DNA of 64,000 nucleotides from Planctomycetaceae bacterium. GTDB taxonomy: Bacteria; Planctomycetota; Planctomycetia; Planctomycetales; Planctomycetaceae. Under the pieces are notes generated by a model. That model did not search any database, had not been told where the DNA came from, and saw only the letters and a list, made by a program, of their open reading frames with translations. This document shows, piece after piece, positions 30,219-38,668 of the stretch. Where the stretch lies: NCBI GenBank assembly GCA_037445755.1, contig JBBIJW010000023.1:22351-86350 (forward strand), read 5' to 3'. A program made the translations under genes and the position numbers. Within the stretch, counting starts at the first letter, position 1. The number at the start of each line of letters is the position of its first letter.

Positions 30219-31091
30219 TCATCGCGGCAGGCCGATCGGCGAGTCGCGCTCCGCCGAGAGCGGGGCACGGGGAGGGTCTGGCGGCCCTGCGGCAGGGGCG
30301 CCATGAGACGTCTCCGCCGTCCCCGCGGACTCCAGGGCTTGAGGTGCTCCGAGGTCGGTGACCGTCGGGCTGTCGGCCGTTTCTGTTGCCGCACCCTCCG
30401 TGGGAGCGGAGATCAATGACCGCCGTGAAGCCTCCCGCGGTCGCTGGTCAAACCAACCGGCCTCCTGAAACACCGCGTAAGTGAGCGTCGCCATCAGGGT
30501 GTAACTGAAGACGTTGGGCATCAGGGCGTCTCCCGACCATTTGAGGGCCGTTCCGGACGACCTCTTCAGCCGCAGACGGTGGTCCTTCACCTGCACGCTG
30601 TACAGCTCGTCCAGCAGCAGGTGGGAGAGAAACCCGACTGCCACCCCTCCTGCCATCAACAGCTTGACGGACGCCCGGGGACTGGGATAGGCAAGGTAGA
30701 CGGCCTCGGCGGCGATGATGAGGGCGGGAAGGCTGTGAAACATCCCGCGGTGCACCGACAAACGGCTGACGAGCGCGGCCCCCCCATACTTGATCGCCAC
30801 GTACAGGGCGATGATCACGAGCATGATCGTTTCGGGATCGGCCGGAAGACCCAGCAGAGCCGCCACGCGGTTGACGAGTAACAGCGGCGCCACGGCCCCC
30901 AGCAGACCGAACATTTCACGGACCGGACGCCCGTTGTCCGAATCGAGATCGGGGAGCATCCCGGCCACACCGGTGAAGCAGGCCGCCAGCACGCCCTGCA
31001 GCGGATGGAACTGAAAGGCCGTCACCGCACCCAGCCCATATCCCAGCCCGAGCAGGCTGCTGACGGTGATGTGTTCGCGATAGTTGGCCAT
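30219..31091 (-). CDS. membrane-bound metal-dependent hydrolase, YdjM/DUF457-like, with a disordered C-terminal tail
   Basis: MANYREHITVSSLLGLGY ... MLPDLDSDNG ... FHSLP pattern with multiple TM helices. Confidence 0.65.
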   Translation of the reverse strand: MANYREHITVSSLLGLGYGLGAVTAFQFHPLQGVLAACFTGVAGMLPDLDSDNGRPVREMFGLLGAVAPLLLVNRVAALLGLPADPETIMLVIIALYVAIKYGGAALVSRLSVHRGMFHSLPALIIAAEAVYLAYPSPRASVKLLMAGGVAVGFLSHLLLDELYSVQVKDHRLRLKRSSGTALKWSGDALMPNVFSYTLMATLTYAVFQEAGWFDQRPREASRRSLISAPTEGAATETADSPTVTDLGAPQALESAGTAETSHGAPAAGPPDPPRAPLSAERDSPIGLPR

Positions 31092-31307
31092 GCCTCATCC
31101 CGGATGGCGGCCCGCCCCCACCTCCCGGAGCGGCAGCGGGGCGGAAAGATACCCCGCTGACGTGACCAGCCACAAGACCGGTCAATCCTGGCTGAGAGGG
31201 CGGGGAGTCGGCTCGAACGAGGGTCGCGAATCGCCACGCCAGCCCCCCTCGCGACTCCGGACCGCCTCCTCCCCCCCGGCCGGTGGAACGGCCTCCCGAC
31301 CGCTGCC

Positions 31308-33347
31308 TCAGCGAGGAGTGCGCGTCTCCCCCTCCGGGTCGGGGAACCAGATCGACTTCAGCGGCCAGGCCTGCACGCGCGCGGTCGTGCCGGTTCCATT
31401 CGTAGACACCGAAACGCCCCGGCTGTCGGGAGCGGGAAAAATACAGTCGGTGAGCACCATGGCGCCATCAGCGGCGAAGACCTCAACGGAGGAGGCATCG
31501 ACAAACACGTGCAGGCGGATGCGACCGTCGCTGGCGGCCAGCGGCCCCGCATGGCGGCCGGCAAAACGAGGATGAAATGCCGACTCACCGGAACGACTCC
31601 GATCGACGAACACCTCCCGTGTTCGCGCATCGTAACCGATCACGGTCCGCTCCCCCTCGCCGACGCGGACGTTCAGCCCCACCTCCGTGGCATCCCCCAG
31701 ATCGAACTCGGCGATGATCTCCAGCCGGTCTCCTTCGATTCCAGCATCGGCCAGCGGTGTCTCGCCGGGAGGCAAAGAAAGGGTTGCCATCCGGACCGGT
31801 GTGCCGCGGAGCGATTGAAGCTCCCGGATCGGGGTCTGCACCAACCGCAGGCCCTCCGCGGTCCGACGCAAGCTCAACGAGCGAGGGATCGACATGGCAC
31901 TCCGCCAGGGGTCTGTCGGATGCAGGCAGGTTTCCCAGTTGTTCATCCACCCGATCCAGATGCGGCGGCCGTCCGTCGGGGGGATGTCGGACCAGGACAC
32001 GGGAGCGTAGAAGTCCCGCCCGTAGTCGACCCAGCGGACCGGCGGCGGCTGCTCATCGGGAACGAACCGCTCGCCGTCAAACCGGCCGACGAAATACTCT
32101 CCTCCCGATCCGCCCGCCACTGCGCCGGACCCCATGTCCACTTCCAACACCCACCTCGTTTCCCCGGGCTCGTTCTCGATCGGCAGCTCGAACAGGTCCG
32201 GGCATTCCCAATTGGGTTTTTCCGCCGCTCCGGCGGGACCGAAATCGCTCAGGTGGGTCCACTGCTTGAGGTCGGGGGAGGAGTAGAACCGCACCCGTTT
32301 TTGAGGTGCCAGGGAAACGACCATCACCCAGCGGCCGGTCGGAGCGTGCCAGAACACCTTCGGATCGCGGAACTCCGCCTCCCCGAGATCCAGGACCGGG
32401 TTGCCGGCGTACTTTGTCCAGCTCCGCCCGCGATCGGTGCTGTACGCCAGGTCCTGCGTCTGGCGGCCGTGTCCGTGCCCCGTGTACACGGCGACGAGCG
32501 GCGGTTCGTTCTCGCGGCCGAAACCGCTCGTGTTCTGGTGGTCGACGACGCAGCAGCCGGAAAAGATCATCACCCCATACTCTTCGTGGAGGGCGATCGG
32601 CAGATGTTTCCAGTGCACCAGGTCGCCGCTGACGGCATGTCCCCAGCTCATGTGTCCCCAGGCGTTGCCGTGTGGGTTGTGCTGGTAGAACAGGTGATAC
32701 TCCCCGTCGTGGAACACGAGGCCGTTGGGGTCGTTCATCCAGTTGAGCGGGGGAGAAAAGTGGAACTGGGGGCGATAGCGTTCCCGGTAGTACTCGGCGG
32801 AGCGTTGATACTCGTCCAGCCGCCACGTCCCCGTCCCCGCCCGCGGAACGTCGGTCTGCACAATGTGGTCGACGAGGACGTGTCCCCAGCCCCCCGTGGC
32901 CCGATCGAAGATGCGCAGGCGCGCCTCCCGGCCGATCAGATCGGCCACGTCCCACGTGTGCCAGAGAAGCTGTTCCGCATCGCGGCCAGTAGCAGTGCGG
33001 ACGGCCGCCCCGTCGATGACCAGTTCCATCCCGACTTGTCCCGCGCTGCGCCCCCCGCCGATCAGAAACGCCAGGGATTTCCGGGTGATCCGAAACGCCG
33101 GCGACGTCAGACTGCCGGTGGAGGCGTCTCCCCCGTGGTAGGAGTTGACGAGGCTCCTCCCGCGGAAGCCGCTGACCGGCATCTGGTCCGGCAACGCACC
33201 AGAGACCGGACCACGGCCGAAGGCGGTGCCTTCCACCTGCCACTCGCCGTAACCCTCCCCCTCGAAGTCGGCTAGGAGGACGTCCTCGGCGGTCAGCCGA
33301 TCCACCCACAGGCACGGCACCAGCCACAGCAAGAGCAGTCGTTTCAT
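31308..33347 (-). CDS. glycoside hydrolase family 32 (beta-fructosidase/levanase-like) with an N-terminal jelly-roll domain
   Basis: Signal peptide MKRLLLLWLVPCLW. GH32 motifs WMNDPNG, FRDPKVFW and WECPDLF are present. Confidence 0.9.
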   Translation of the reverse strand: MKRLLLLWLVPCLWVDRLTAEDVLLADFEGEGYGEWQVEGTAFGRGPVSGALPDQMPVSGFRGRSLVNSYHGGDASTGSLTSPAFRITRKSLAFLIGGGRSAGQVGMELVIDGAAVRTATGRDAEQLLWHTWDVADLIGREARLRIFDRATGGWGHVLVDHIVQTDVPRAGTGTWRLDEYQRSAEYYRERYRPQFHFSPPLNWMNDPNGLVFHDGEYHLFYQHNPHGNAWGHMSWGHAVSGDLVHWKHLPIALHEEYGVMIFSGCCVVDHQNTSGFGRENEPPLVAVYTGHGHGRQTQDLAYSTDRGRSWTKYAGNPVLDLGEAEFRDPKVFWHAPTGRWVMVVSLAPQKRVRFYSSPDLKQWTHLSDFGPAGAAEKPNWECPDLFELPIENEPGETRWVLEVDMGSGAVAGGSGGEYFVGRFDGERFVPDEQPPPVRWVDYGRDFYAPVSWSDIPPTDGRRIWIGWMNNWETCLHPTDPWRSAMSIPRSLSLRRTAEGLRLVQTPIRELQSLRGTPVRMATLSLPPGETPLADAGIEGDRLEIIAEFDLGDATEVGLNVRVGEGERTVIGYDARTREVFVDRSRSGESAFHPRFAGRHAGPLAASDGRIRLHVFVDASSVEVFAADGAMVLTDCIFPAPDSRGVSVSTNGTGTTARVQAWPLKSIWFPDPEGETRTPR

Positions 33348-33565
33348 GGCGGGAACAGACTCCGCAGGAGAGCAAGGGCGTCCGCCGGCGGGACGCAGGA
33401 CGAGAGGGGTGTTTCACGATCGATCGGACCGGCAGGCCAGTCTCGCACCGGGCGGAAGATCGGTTGGCCCTGAACGCGTCTCTGCGACTCCGGGCCTCCC
33501 GTCTCGGCTGGGATGGTACGGCCGGGGAGCGTCGCTGGCCAGACAGCGGTGGCCTGTGACAGTGG

Positions 33566-34080
33566 CGTAGGGTGAGCTGCGCCCACCGCGATATCACGGC
33601 TTCGCCGTTGTTCCGGTCAGGTTGTTTGGAGGCTGGGGGCCAGCGTGAACGACGTTGATGGAATCCCGACTTGGCGACAAGAGTTCCGACGATACGTTCA
33701 AGGCGAGTTCCGTCGGCGGTGAGTTGCCCAACCGGAACAACGGCGAAGCCGTGACCGCGATGTGAATCGGTCTTGCCAACTGGCTTCAAGACTACCGAAA
33801 TGCTGGGCGCAGCCCACCCCGCGGGATGACTGCGAAGGAGTGAGTCTATGGATGATGGCACTGGCATAGCCAGTGCCGTTCGCGGATCAGAGCTGCCGTC
33901 CCCACTCGCACTGGCATCGCCAGTGGCGCACTCCCTGTTCGCAGCCGGGTTCATAATTCATTGGCCACTGCCACCCGTCCGTCCAGTGCGTTCCCAAGCC
34001 GGAGCTTGGGAATGAGAGCGCAAAACCCGTCCCTCCCACGTCTCCTCGATGGCGGCTGGTGGGCAAAGCCCACCCTACGG
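33566..34080. repeat. intergenic cluster of REP-like palindromic units
   Basis: CGTAGGGTG(A/G)GC..GCCCACC units lie at 33566-33587 (+ orientation) and 34058-34080 (- orientation), with a partial copy at 33802-33825. Hairpins: GGCACTGGC-ATA-GCCAGTGCC (33857-33877), CACTGGC-ATC-GCCAGTG (33909-33925) and TTCCCAAGC-CGGA-GCTTGGGAA (33991-34012). Confidence 0.8.
33594..33754. repeat. MITE-like element bounded by perfect 24-bp inverted repeats
   Basis: tcacggcttcgccgttgttccggt (33594-33617) is the exact reverse complement of accggaacaacggcgaagccgtga (33731-33754). The 113-bp core contains a repeated gagttccg. Confidence 0.6.
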
Positions 34081-34168
34081 CACTGACCTACTGCACTGGA
34101 ACGGGCAAAAACCCGCCGCTTGTCCGTGTCGGGTTGAACCGCTTGTTGGGCCTTGGTCCTGCAATGTG

Positions 34169-34537
34169 TCAACCAAAAAAGGATGCGACTAGAGCACCAC
34201 CAACGAATGCGGCTGCTTTGCCAACCCAACCCCATTTGCGCTGGTTTTCCGCCTGGTTCACCGCGAAGACGACAATTGACATCGCAATGTTTGCTACGGC
34301 ATCACCATGGTTTTCAAAGAATGCTGTCACTCGGGTTTGGTCTTCGACATTCCAACCCGCCTGCTCCATCGCAAAGAAGCAGGCACCATAGTATGCTTTG
34401 TTGCATGCATCCGCATCGCCCATAACAGTGGGGTTATCAAGTAAGTAATTTGCGAGGCTTTGAGCTGCAACGCGGGCGACAGGGTTCATCATGGCAATTG
34501 CCGCACGAATCTGGTCTTCGCTTTCTAGGATGTGCAT
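34169..34537 (-). CDS. hypothetical tail-anchored small protein (low-GC islet, gene 2)
   Basis: 122 aa, with a soluble N-domain and a hydrophobic C-terminus, WGWVGKAAAFVGGALVASFFG. A/T-rich codon usage is unlike the neighbouring genes. It starts 14 nt after the stop of gene 1. Confidence 0.6.
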   Translation of the reverse strand: MHILESEDQIRAAIAMMNPVARVAAQSLANYLLDNPTVMGDADACNKAYYGACFFAMEQAGWNVEDQTRVTAFFENHGDAVANIAMSIVVFAVNQAENQRKWGWVGKAAAFVGGALVASFFG

Positions 34538-34551
34538 GTCATGTACCTTGA

Positions 34552-34908
34552 TCAGGAGCGAAAGAAATTATTCACTTTCCGAATGTTCGCCAGTTTTCTC
34601 TTTTGTTTTGGTCGGAGGAGGAGTCGAACGCTTCTGGGCATTCTAGACTCCAGTCGATTTATGCAAGTGCCGACGGCCGGTACGGCAGTGGCCCATGCGG
34701 CGAGACCAGCGATGATGAGTGGAACGCCCGAAACAAAAGGCAATACCCAACCCACGAAGCCAACGGCGACCAAAATCGCACCCAATGCAATTAGTGCAAC
34801 TCGCGATATGACGCCACGACTGGCACAAGGAACTGTGAACAGCGGTGCGAACTCGTCGATTGTGCGCGAGTCATTGATATGACGATCTGAGTCGTGGTCA
34901 ACCATCAT
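34552..34908 (-). CDS. hypothetical small two-TM membrane protein, PGPGW-like hairpin (low-GC islet, gene 1)
   Basis: 118 aa. The TM hairpin is VALIALGAILVAVGFVGWVLPFVSGVPLIIAGLAAWATAV and the C-tail is basic. Codon usage is atypical. Confidence 0.6.
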   Translation of the reverse strand: MMVDHDSDRHINDSRTIDEFAPLFTVPCASRGVISRVALIALGAILVAVGFVGWVLPFVSGVPLIIAGLAAWATAVPAVGTCINRLESRMPRSVRLLLRPKQKRKLANIRKVNNFFRS

Positions 34909-35130
34909 TTAGGAAGACCAGTTAGGTCATGCTCCCGCATGGCTTCCTGTTGCTACACCCCGCGATTTCCGGAGGTGCGTGACGTACGAGAGCCGCAACG
35001 TGGGGCAGGTCACGTGCTGGTTCAGTTTCGCCTCCGGAGCGGCGACGGTCAAGATGCCGGGTGCCGGGAGCTTCCGCGGCGCGGGTCGAACCCCGCCATC
35101 CCGCCGGGCTTGTGAGCGGAACGATCCCGA

Positions 35131-35177
35131 GGCGGATCGCGCTCAAGTGGCGGATCGCGCTCAAACGGATCGGTGGC
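35131..35177. repeat. 18-bp tandem direct repeat (about 2.6 copies)
   Basis: ggcggatcgcgctcaa occurs at 35131-35146 and 35149-35164, followed by a partial ggatcggtggc. It lies in the leader upstream of the islet genes. Confidence 0.85.
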
Positions 35178-35230
35178 AGAGTGGCCGCGCTCATCGGGGA
35201 GGTCCCGCAAGACACTGAGCAGTGAGTGAT

Positions 35231-35259
35231 ATTGCAACAGTCGCCGGGTGCTTTGTCAA
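35231..35259 (-). promoter_or_regulatory. near-consensus sigma70-type promoter facing the islet genes
   Basis: The minus strand reads TTGACA, 17 nt, TGCAAT. It is about 320 nt upstream of ATG 34908 and about 55 nt downstream of the SDR stop. Confidence 0.35.
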
Positions 35260-35314
35260 GCGTGTGCTTCACGAAACCGGGTGCCGAGTGCGACGGGGGC
35301 TTCGGCGGCAGGGT

Positions 35315-36202
35315 TCAGATCGTCATCGCCGAGAAACCCCCGTCCACAATCATGTTCGCGCCGGTCACAAAGCTCCCCGCGCGGTGGGAGGCCAGCAGCA
35401 GCACGGCCCCGATGAGTTCGTGAGGTTCGCCGAAACGGTTCATCGGCGTGTGGCGGAGGATGCTCTCCACGCGGTCCGGAGTGAGGATTCTCCGGTTCTG
35501 CTCGGCAGGGAAGAAGCCGGGCGAAAGGGCGTTGACGCGGATGCCGTAGGGAGCCCATTCGCGGGCGAGGTTCTGTGTGAGATTGATCACGCCCGCCTTG
35601 GAGACGCTGTACGTGAAGACCCGCGACAGGGGAGTGATGCCAGACATGGAGGCGAAATTGATGATCGAGCCTTTGACCTTAGCCGCGATCATCGCCTGAC
35701 CGAACACCTGGCAGGTGAGGCGCACACTCCGCAGGTTGACGTTGAGAATCCGGTCCCATTCCTCGTCGCTGATGTCGAGAAAGGGGGTGGAGGCGTTGAC
35801 GCCGGCGGCGTTGATGAGGAGATCGCAGGTCCGCCCTTCGGCGCGGAGGCGATCCCGCAGTCCCTCCAGGTCCTCGCGGCGCGTGGCATCAATCGGGTGG
35901 AAGGCTGCCCGGCCGCCGAGTCGTTCAATCAGTTGGGTGCGCTGCCGGCCGTGTTCCAGATGCAGTCCGGCGATTTCGACGCTTGCACCGGCCTGGGCGA
36001 GGGCCACCGCCACGGCGCCGCCGAGAACCCCTTCCCCTCCAATGACGACGGCCGTCCGGCCGGTGAGGTCGAACAGGTCCACCAGGAACGGAGCGGAGGC
36101 CGGCAGGCTGTGCGCGGGGGGGACCGCTGCCGCAGACTCTTCGCCGGTGCGGAGCGCCACCGGCGGAGGACGATCGAGGGGAAAGGGGGGGCGGTCGATC
36201 AT
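35315..36202 (-). CDS. SDR family oxidoreductase
   Basis: Rossmann motif [14 protein letters not shown] and catalytic YSVSKAG (YxxxK). There is an N-terminal extension of about 45 aa. The ATG overlaps the parA-like stop (ATGA). Confidence 0.85.
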   Translation of the reverse strand: MIDRPPFPLDRPPPVALRTGEESAAAVPPAHSLPASAPFLVDLFDLTGRTAVVIGGEGVLGGAVAVALAQAGASVEIAGLHLEHGRQRTQLIERLGGRAAFHPIDATRREDLEGLRDRLRAEGRTCDLLINAAGVNASTPFLDISDEEWDRILNVNLRSVRLTCQVFGQAMIAAKVKGSIINFASMSGITPLSRVFTYSVSKAGVINLTQNLAREWAPYGIRVNALSPGFFPAEQNRRILTPDRVESILRHTPMNRFGEPHELIGAVLLLASHRAGSFVTGANMIVDGGFSAMTI

Positions 36203-37020
36203 GCGGCGGCCGAGGTGGAACAGGCGTGGGTCGCTTCCGCGGCGATCACTTCGTTCACCAGTCCGGCGTAGTCCTGCGCGCCGGAGCTGGCGGGGGCGTA
36301 GTCGAAGATCGACTGGCCGAAGCTGGGGGCCTCGGCCAGCTTGATGTTGCGTCGGATGCGGGATTCAAAGACACGGGCCCCCGCCCACGGGGCTTGTGGA
36401 TCGCTGCCGGCGAGGAACCGCGCCAAATCGTCGGTGACATCCGCGGCGAGCCGCGTCCCCGTCTCGTACAGGCAGAGGATGATGCCGCTCACCTTCAGCC
36501 GACGGTTCAGCCGCCGGGTGACGAGCGCCGTGGTCTCAAAGAGCTTGGAGAGTCCTTGCAGGGCGAAGAAGTGCGGCTGAAGGGGGATCAGGACTTCCGT
36601 AGCCGCGGCGAGCGCATTGATCGTCAGCACCCCCAGCGAGGGGGGACAGTCCATGATGATGTAGTCGTAGATGTCAGCCGGCAGCCGCTCCAGTTCGCGA
36701 CGAAGAATAAACTCCCGACCGGGAGCATCGACCAGTTCGAGCTCGGTGGCAGCCAGATCGAGATCGGCCGGTGCGACCCACAGGTTCGGCACGGCCAACT
36801 GGCGAATGTCCTCGAACTTGCGGCCGCCGGCGAAGACCTGATAGATTGTTCGCGTACTCCCCGCGGCGTCGATCCCCAGATGCAGCGAGGCATGAGCCTG
36901 CGGGTCGAGGTCGATCAGGCAGACCTTCCGCCCTTGACGGGCGAGTCCGGCCGCCAGATTGACGCTGGAGGTTGTCTTCCCGACGCCCCCCTTCTGATTC
37001 ATCAGAGCGATGATCCGCAT
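36199..37020 (-). CDS. parA: ParA/Soj-family ATPase (no adjacent parB)
   Basis: ATG 37020 gives [27 protein letters not shown], containing the deviant Walker A KGGVGKT. Length is 273 aa. Confidence 0.88.
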   Translation of the reverse strand: MRIIALMNQKGGVGKTTSSVNLAAGLARQGRKVCLIDLDPQAHASLHLGIDAAGSTRTIYQVFAGGRKFEDIRQLAVPNLWVAPADLDLAATELELVDAPGREFILRRELERLPADIYDYIIMDCPPSLGVLTINALAAATEVLIPLQPHFFALQGLSKLFETTALVTRRLNRRLKVSGIILCLYETGTRLAADVTDDLARFLAGSDPQAPWAGARVFESRIRRNIKLAEAPSFGQSIFDYAPASSGAQDYAGLVNEVIAAEATHACSTSAAA

Positions 37021-37199
37021 GGAGAAGTCCCCTCGGCTTCCGGGTGGAACTGAAATCGGCGGGGAGCGTACCGCCGACGGACGGCCGGTGATAGAGGAGC
37101 CGCGCCGCGGGCGCAGCGTTGGCGGATCACCCTGCGGAGAGGCGCAAAAACTGCCGCTGCCGGCGCTGCCCGGTTGAGTGCTGAAGCGGGCGGGCGTTC

Positions 37200-38549
37200 T
37201 CAGCGGTCGCCGCGCACCTGGGCGTCGCGGTCGCGGGCAGAGACGTCCGCCAGTCGCCGCAGCAGGTATTGCACCTGTTCGGAGTGGGCCGCCGACAGGT
37301 CGTGCGTCTCGCCGGGGTCGCTGGCGAGCTGGAACAGTTCCACGTGGGCAGCCTCTCCTTCCCCCTGGACAATGAGTTTCCAGTCTCCCTCGCGCACCGC
37401 GCGGGCGCGAAAGCCCGGGCCGGCCCAGTACAACGTCCGGGACGGAGCTGCGCCCCCCGTCAAGACCGGCCAGACGTTCTGGCCGTCCCAGCGCAGATCG
37501 TGGTCCGGCTGGTAGCCTGCGAGGGCGCACAAGGTCGGCATCCAGTCGGCAATGTGGATGGGCGCATGCACCTGGCCGGAGGAGAGTCGGCCCGGCCAGC
37601 TCACCACCGTCGGGACGCGGATGCCCCCCTCGTAAAGCTGTCCCTTCTGCCCCCGCAGAGGGACGTTTCTGCCGGGGAGTTTGCCGGAGGGATACACGTC
37701 GTCGGGATACTTGGTGTCATTGTTCTCGGCCCAGCTTCCGCCGTTGTCGCTGGTGAAGACGACGAGCGTGGAGTCGCGCTTCCCGGTGGCGTCGAGCGCT
37801 GCCAGAATCCGCCCCACAGCATCGTCCAGGTGCATGGTGCAGGCGACGTACTGCCGCGGCACTTCGCCATGCACTGCGGGTGGCACCCGTGCCAGCCACT
37901 CCTCCGGCTCCTTGATCGGGAGGTGCACGGCGGTGAAGGGGACGTACAGGAAGAAGGGCCGATCGCCGCGGGTCTGGAGCCACTGCACCGCTTCCCTCAT
38001 GATGAGATCGGTGACGTGCCCTTCCTCTTCGATCAGCACGTCATCGCGGTGCCACGTCTGCGTGTAGGGTCCGACCTTGTAGCGATGGTTCCACGGGCCG
38101 ACGCCCCCCGCCAGCGATCCATAGCTGTGATCGAACCCATACTTCCGCGGTCCCCACTCGGGCTTCGATCCGAGGTGCCACTTGCCGATGAGGGCGGTCT
38201 CGTATCCGACTGCCTGGAGCGCCCGGGCCAGGGTCACGGTGTCCCACGGACAGGCCCGCTCGTTTTGAGGGTTGACGACGCCGAACCGGCTCCAGTAACG
38301 GCCGCTGAGCAGCGCGCTCCGCGTCGGGCTGCACACCGGCGCAACGTAGTGTTGCGTCAGCTCGACTCCCTCGCGCGCCAGTCGGTCCAGATGCGGTGTC
38401 GGAGCTGGACCGCCGTGAAAACCGACGTCCCCCCAGCCGAGATCGTCGGCCATGAAGAAGACGAAGTTGGGGCGTTCGGCCGCGGGTAATGACCCTCCCT
38501 TCGTCAGCCACACGGCGACGACCATGCAGAACAGAGTGGGGATGCGCAT
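37200..38549 (-). CDS. sulfatase (formylglycine-dependent arylsulfatase family)
   Basis: ATG 38549 with signal peptide [15 protein letters not shown]. Contains [12 protein letters not shown] and the FGly motif [12 protein letters not shown]. Confidence 0.9.
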   Translation of the reverse strand: MRIPTLFCMVVAVWLTKGGSLPAAERPNFVFFMADDLGWGDVGFHGGPAPTPHLDRLAREGVELTQHYVAPVCSPTRSALLSGRYWSRFGVVNPQNERACPWDTVTLARALQAVGYETALIGKWHLGSKPEWGPRKYGFDHSYGSLAGGVGPWNHRYKVGPYTQTWHRDDVLIEEEGHVTDLIMREAVQWLQTRGDRPFFLYVPFTAVHLPIKEPEEWLARVPPAVHGEVPRQYVACTMHLDDAVGRILAALDATGKRDSTLVVFTSDNGGSWAENNDTKYPDDVYPSGKLPGRNVPLRGQKGQLYEGGIRVPTVVSWPGRLSSGQVHAPIHIADWMPTLCALAGYQPDHDLRWDGQNVWPVLTGGAAPSRTLYWAGPGFRARAVREGDWKLIVQGEGEAAHVELFQLASDPGETHDLSAAHSEQVQYLLRRLADVSARDRDAQVRGDR

Positions 38550-38668
38550 GCGACGGCCTCCCAGCAGGGACTCGACTGGGGCAGTGTAACCCGATGACCG
38601 TTTTGCCGCGACTCGTCGACGAGCGCGTCGAGGGTCCCGGCAGGCCAGGGTCCGGCGTGCGGTCGGCG

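Noticed and set aside
33594-33779. A 61-aa ORF (MARPIHIAVTASPLF...) lying inside the inverted-repeat element.
   Set aside because: It spans both terminal inverted repeats, so half of it is the reverse complement of the other end. It has no start context and no recognisable features.
32077-33954. A 625-aa minus-strand ORF overlapping the GH32 gene in another frame and extending into the REP region.
   Set aside because: It is out of frame with a gene carrying all three GH32 catalytic motifs. Its composition is Arg/Pro/Gly-rich, and its N-terminal part is simply translated REP palindromes (LAMPVP...).
34059-34425. Plus-strand ORFs (MGKAHPTALTY..., MVLQCVNQKRMRLEH...) in the islet.
   Set aside because: The first starts inside a REP palindrome. 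Both are antisense to the better-supported minus-strand gene 34169..34537, which has a hydrophobic tail anchor and is tightly coupled to the upstream gene.
35078-35097. GGCGCGGGTCGAACCCCGCC resembles a tRNA T-arm (GGTTCGAA-like loop) next to the low-GC islet, which suggested a tRNA or an att-site remnant.
   Set aside because: I could not build a cloverleaf on either strand, finding no acceptor, D or anticodon arms. The loop is 5-6 nt rather than 7, with no TTC. I treat it as a plain GC hairpin. A tRNAscan-SE/ARAGORN run on 34950-35200 would settle it.
35131-35177. Direct repeats that might be a mini-CRISPR array.
   Set aside because: The repeats are contiguous, with an 18-bp period and no spacers. 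There are only 2.6 copies and no cas genes in the window.
36199-37530. An N-terminal extension of about 170 aa on the ParA ORF. Similar upstream extensions exist at 45..125, 2111..2317, 3453..3647, 15280..15519, 38550..38894 and 45779..45943.
   Set aside because: The extensions are Arg/Pro-rich, overlap the neighbouring gene or an intergenic region, and precede an ATG that matches the canonical family N-terminus (for example [16 protein letters not shown]).
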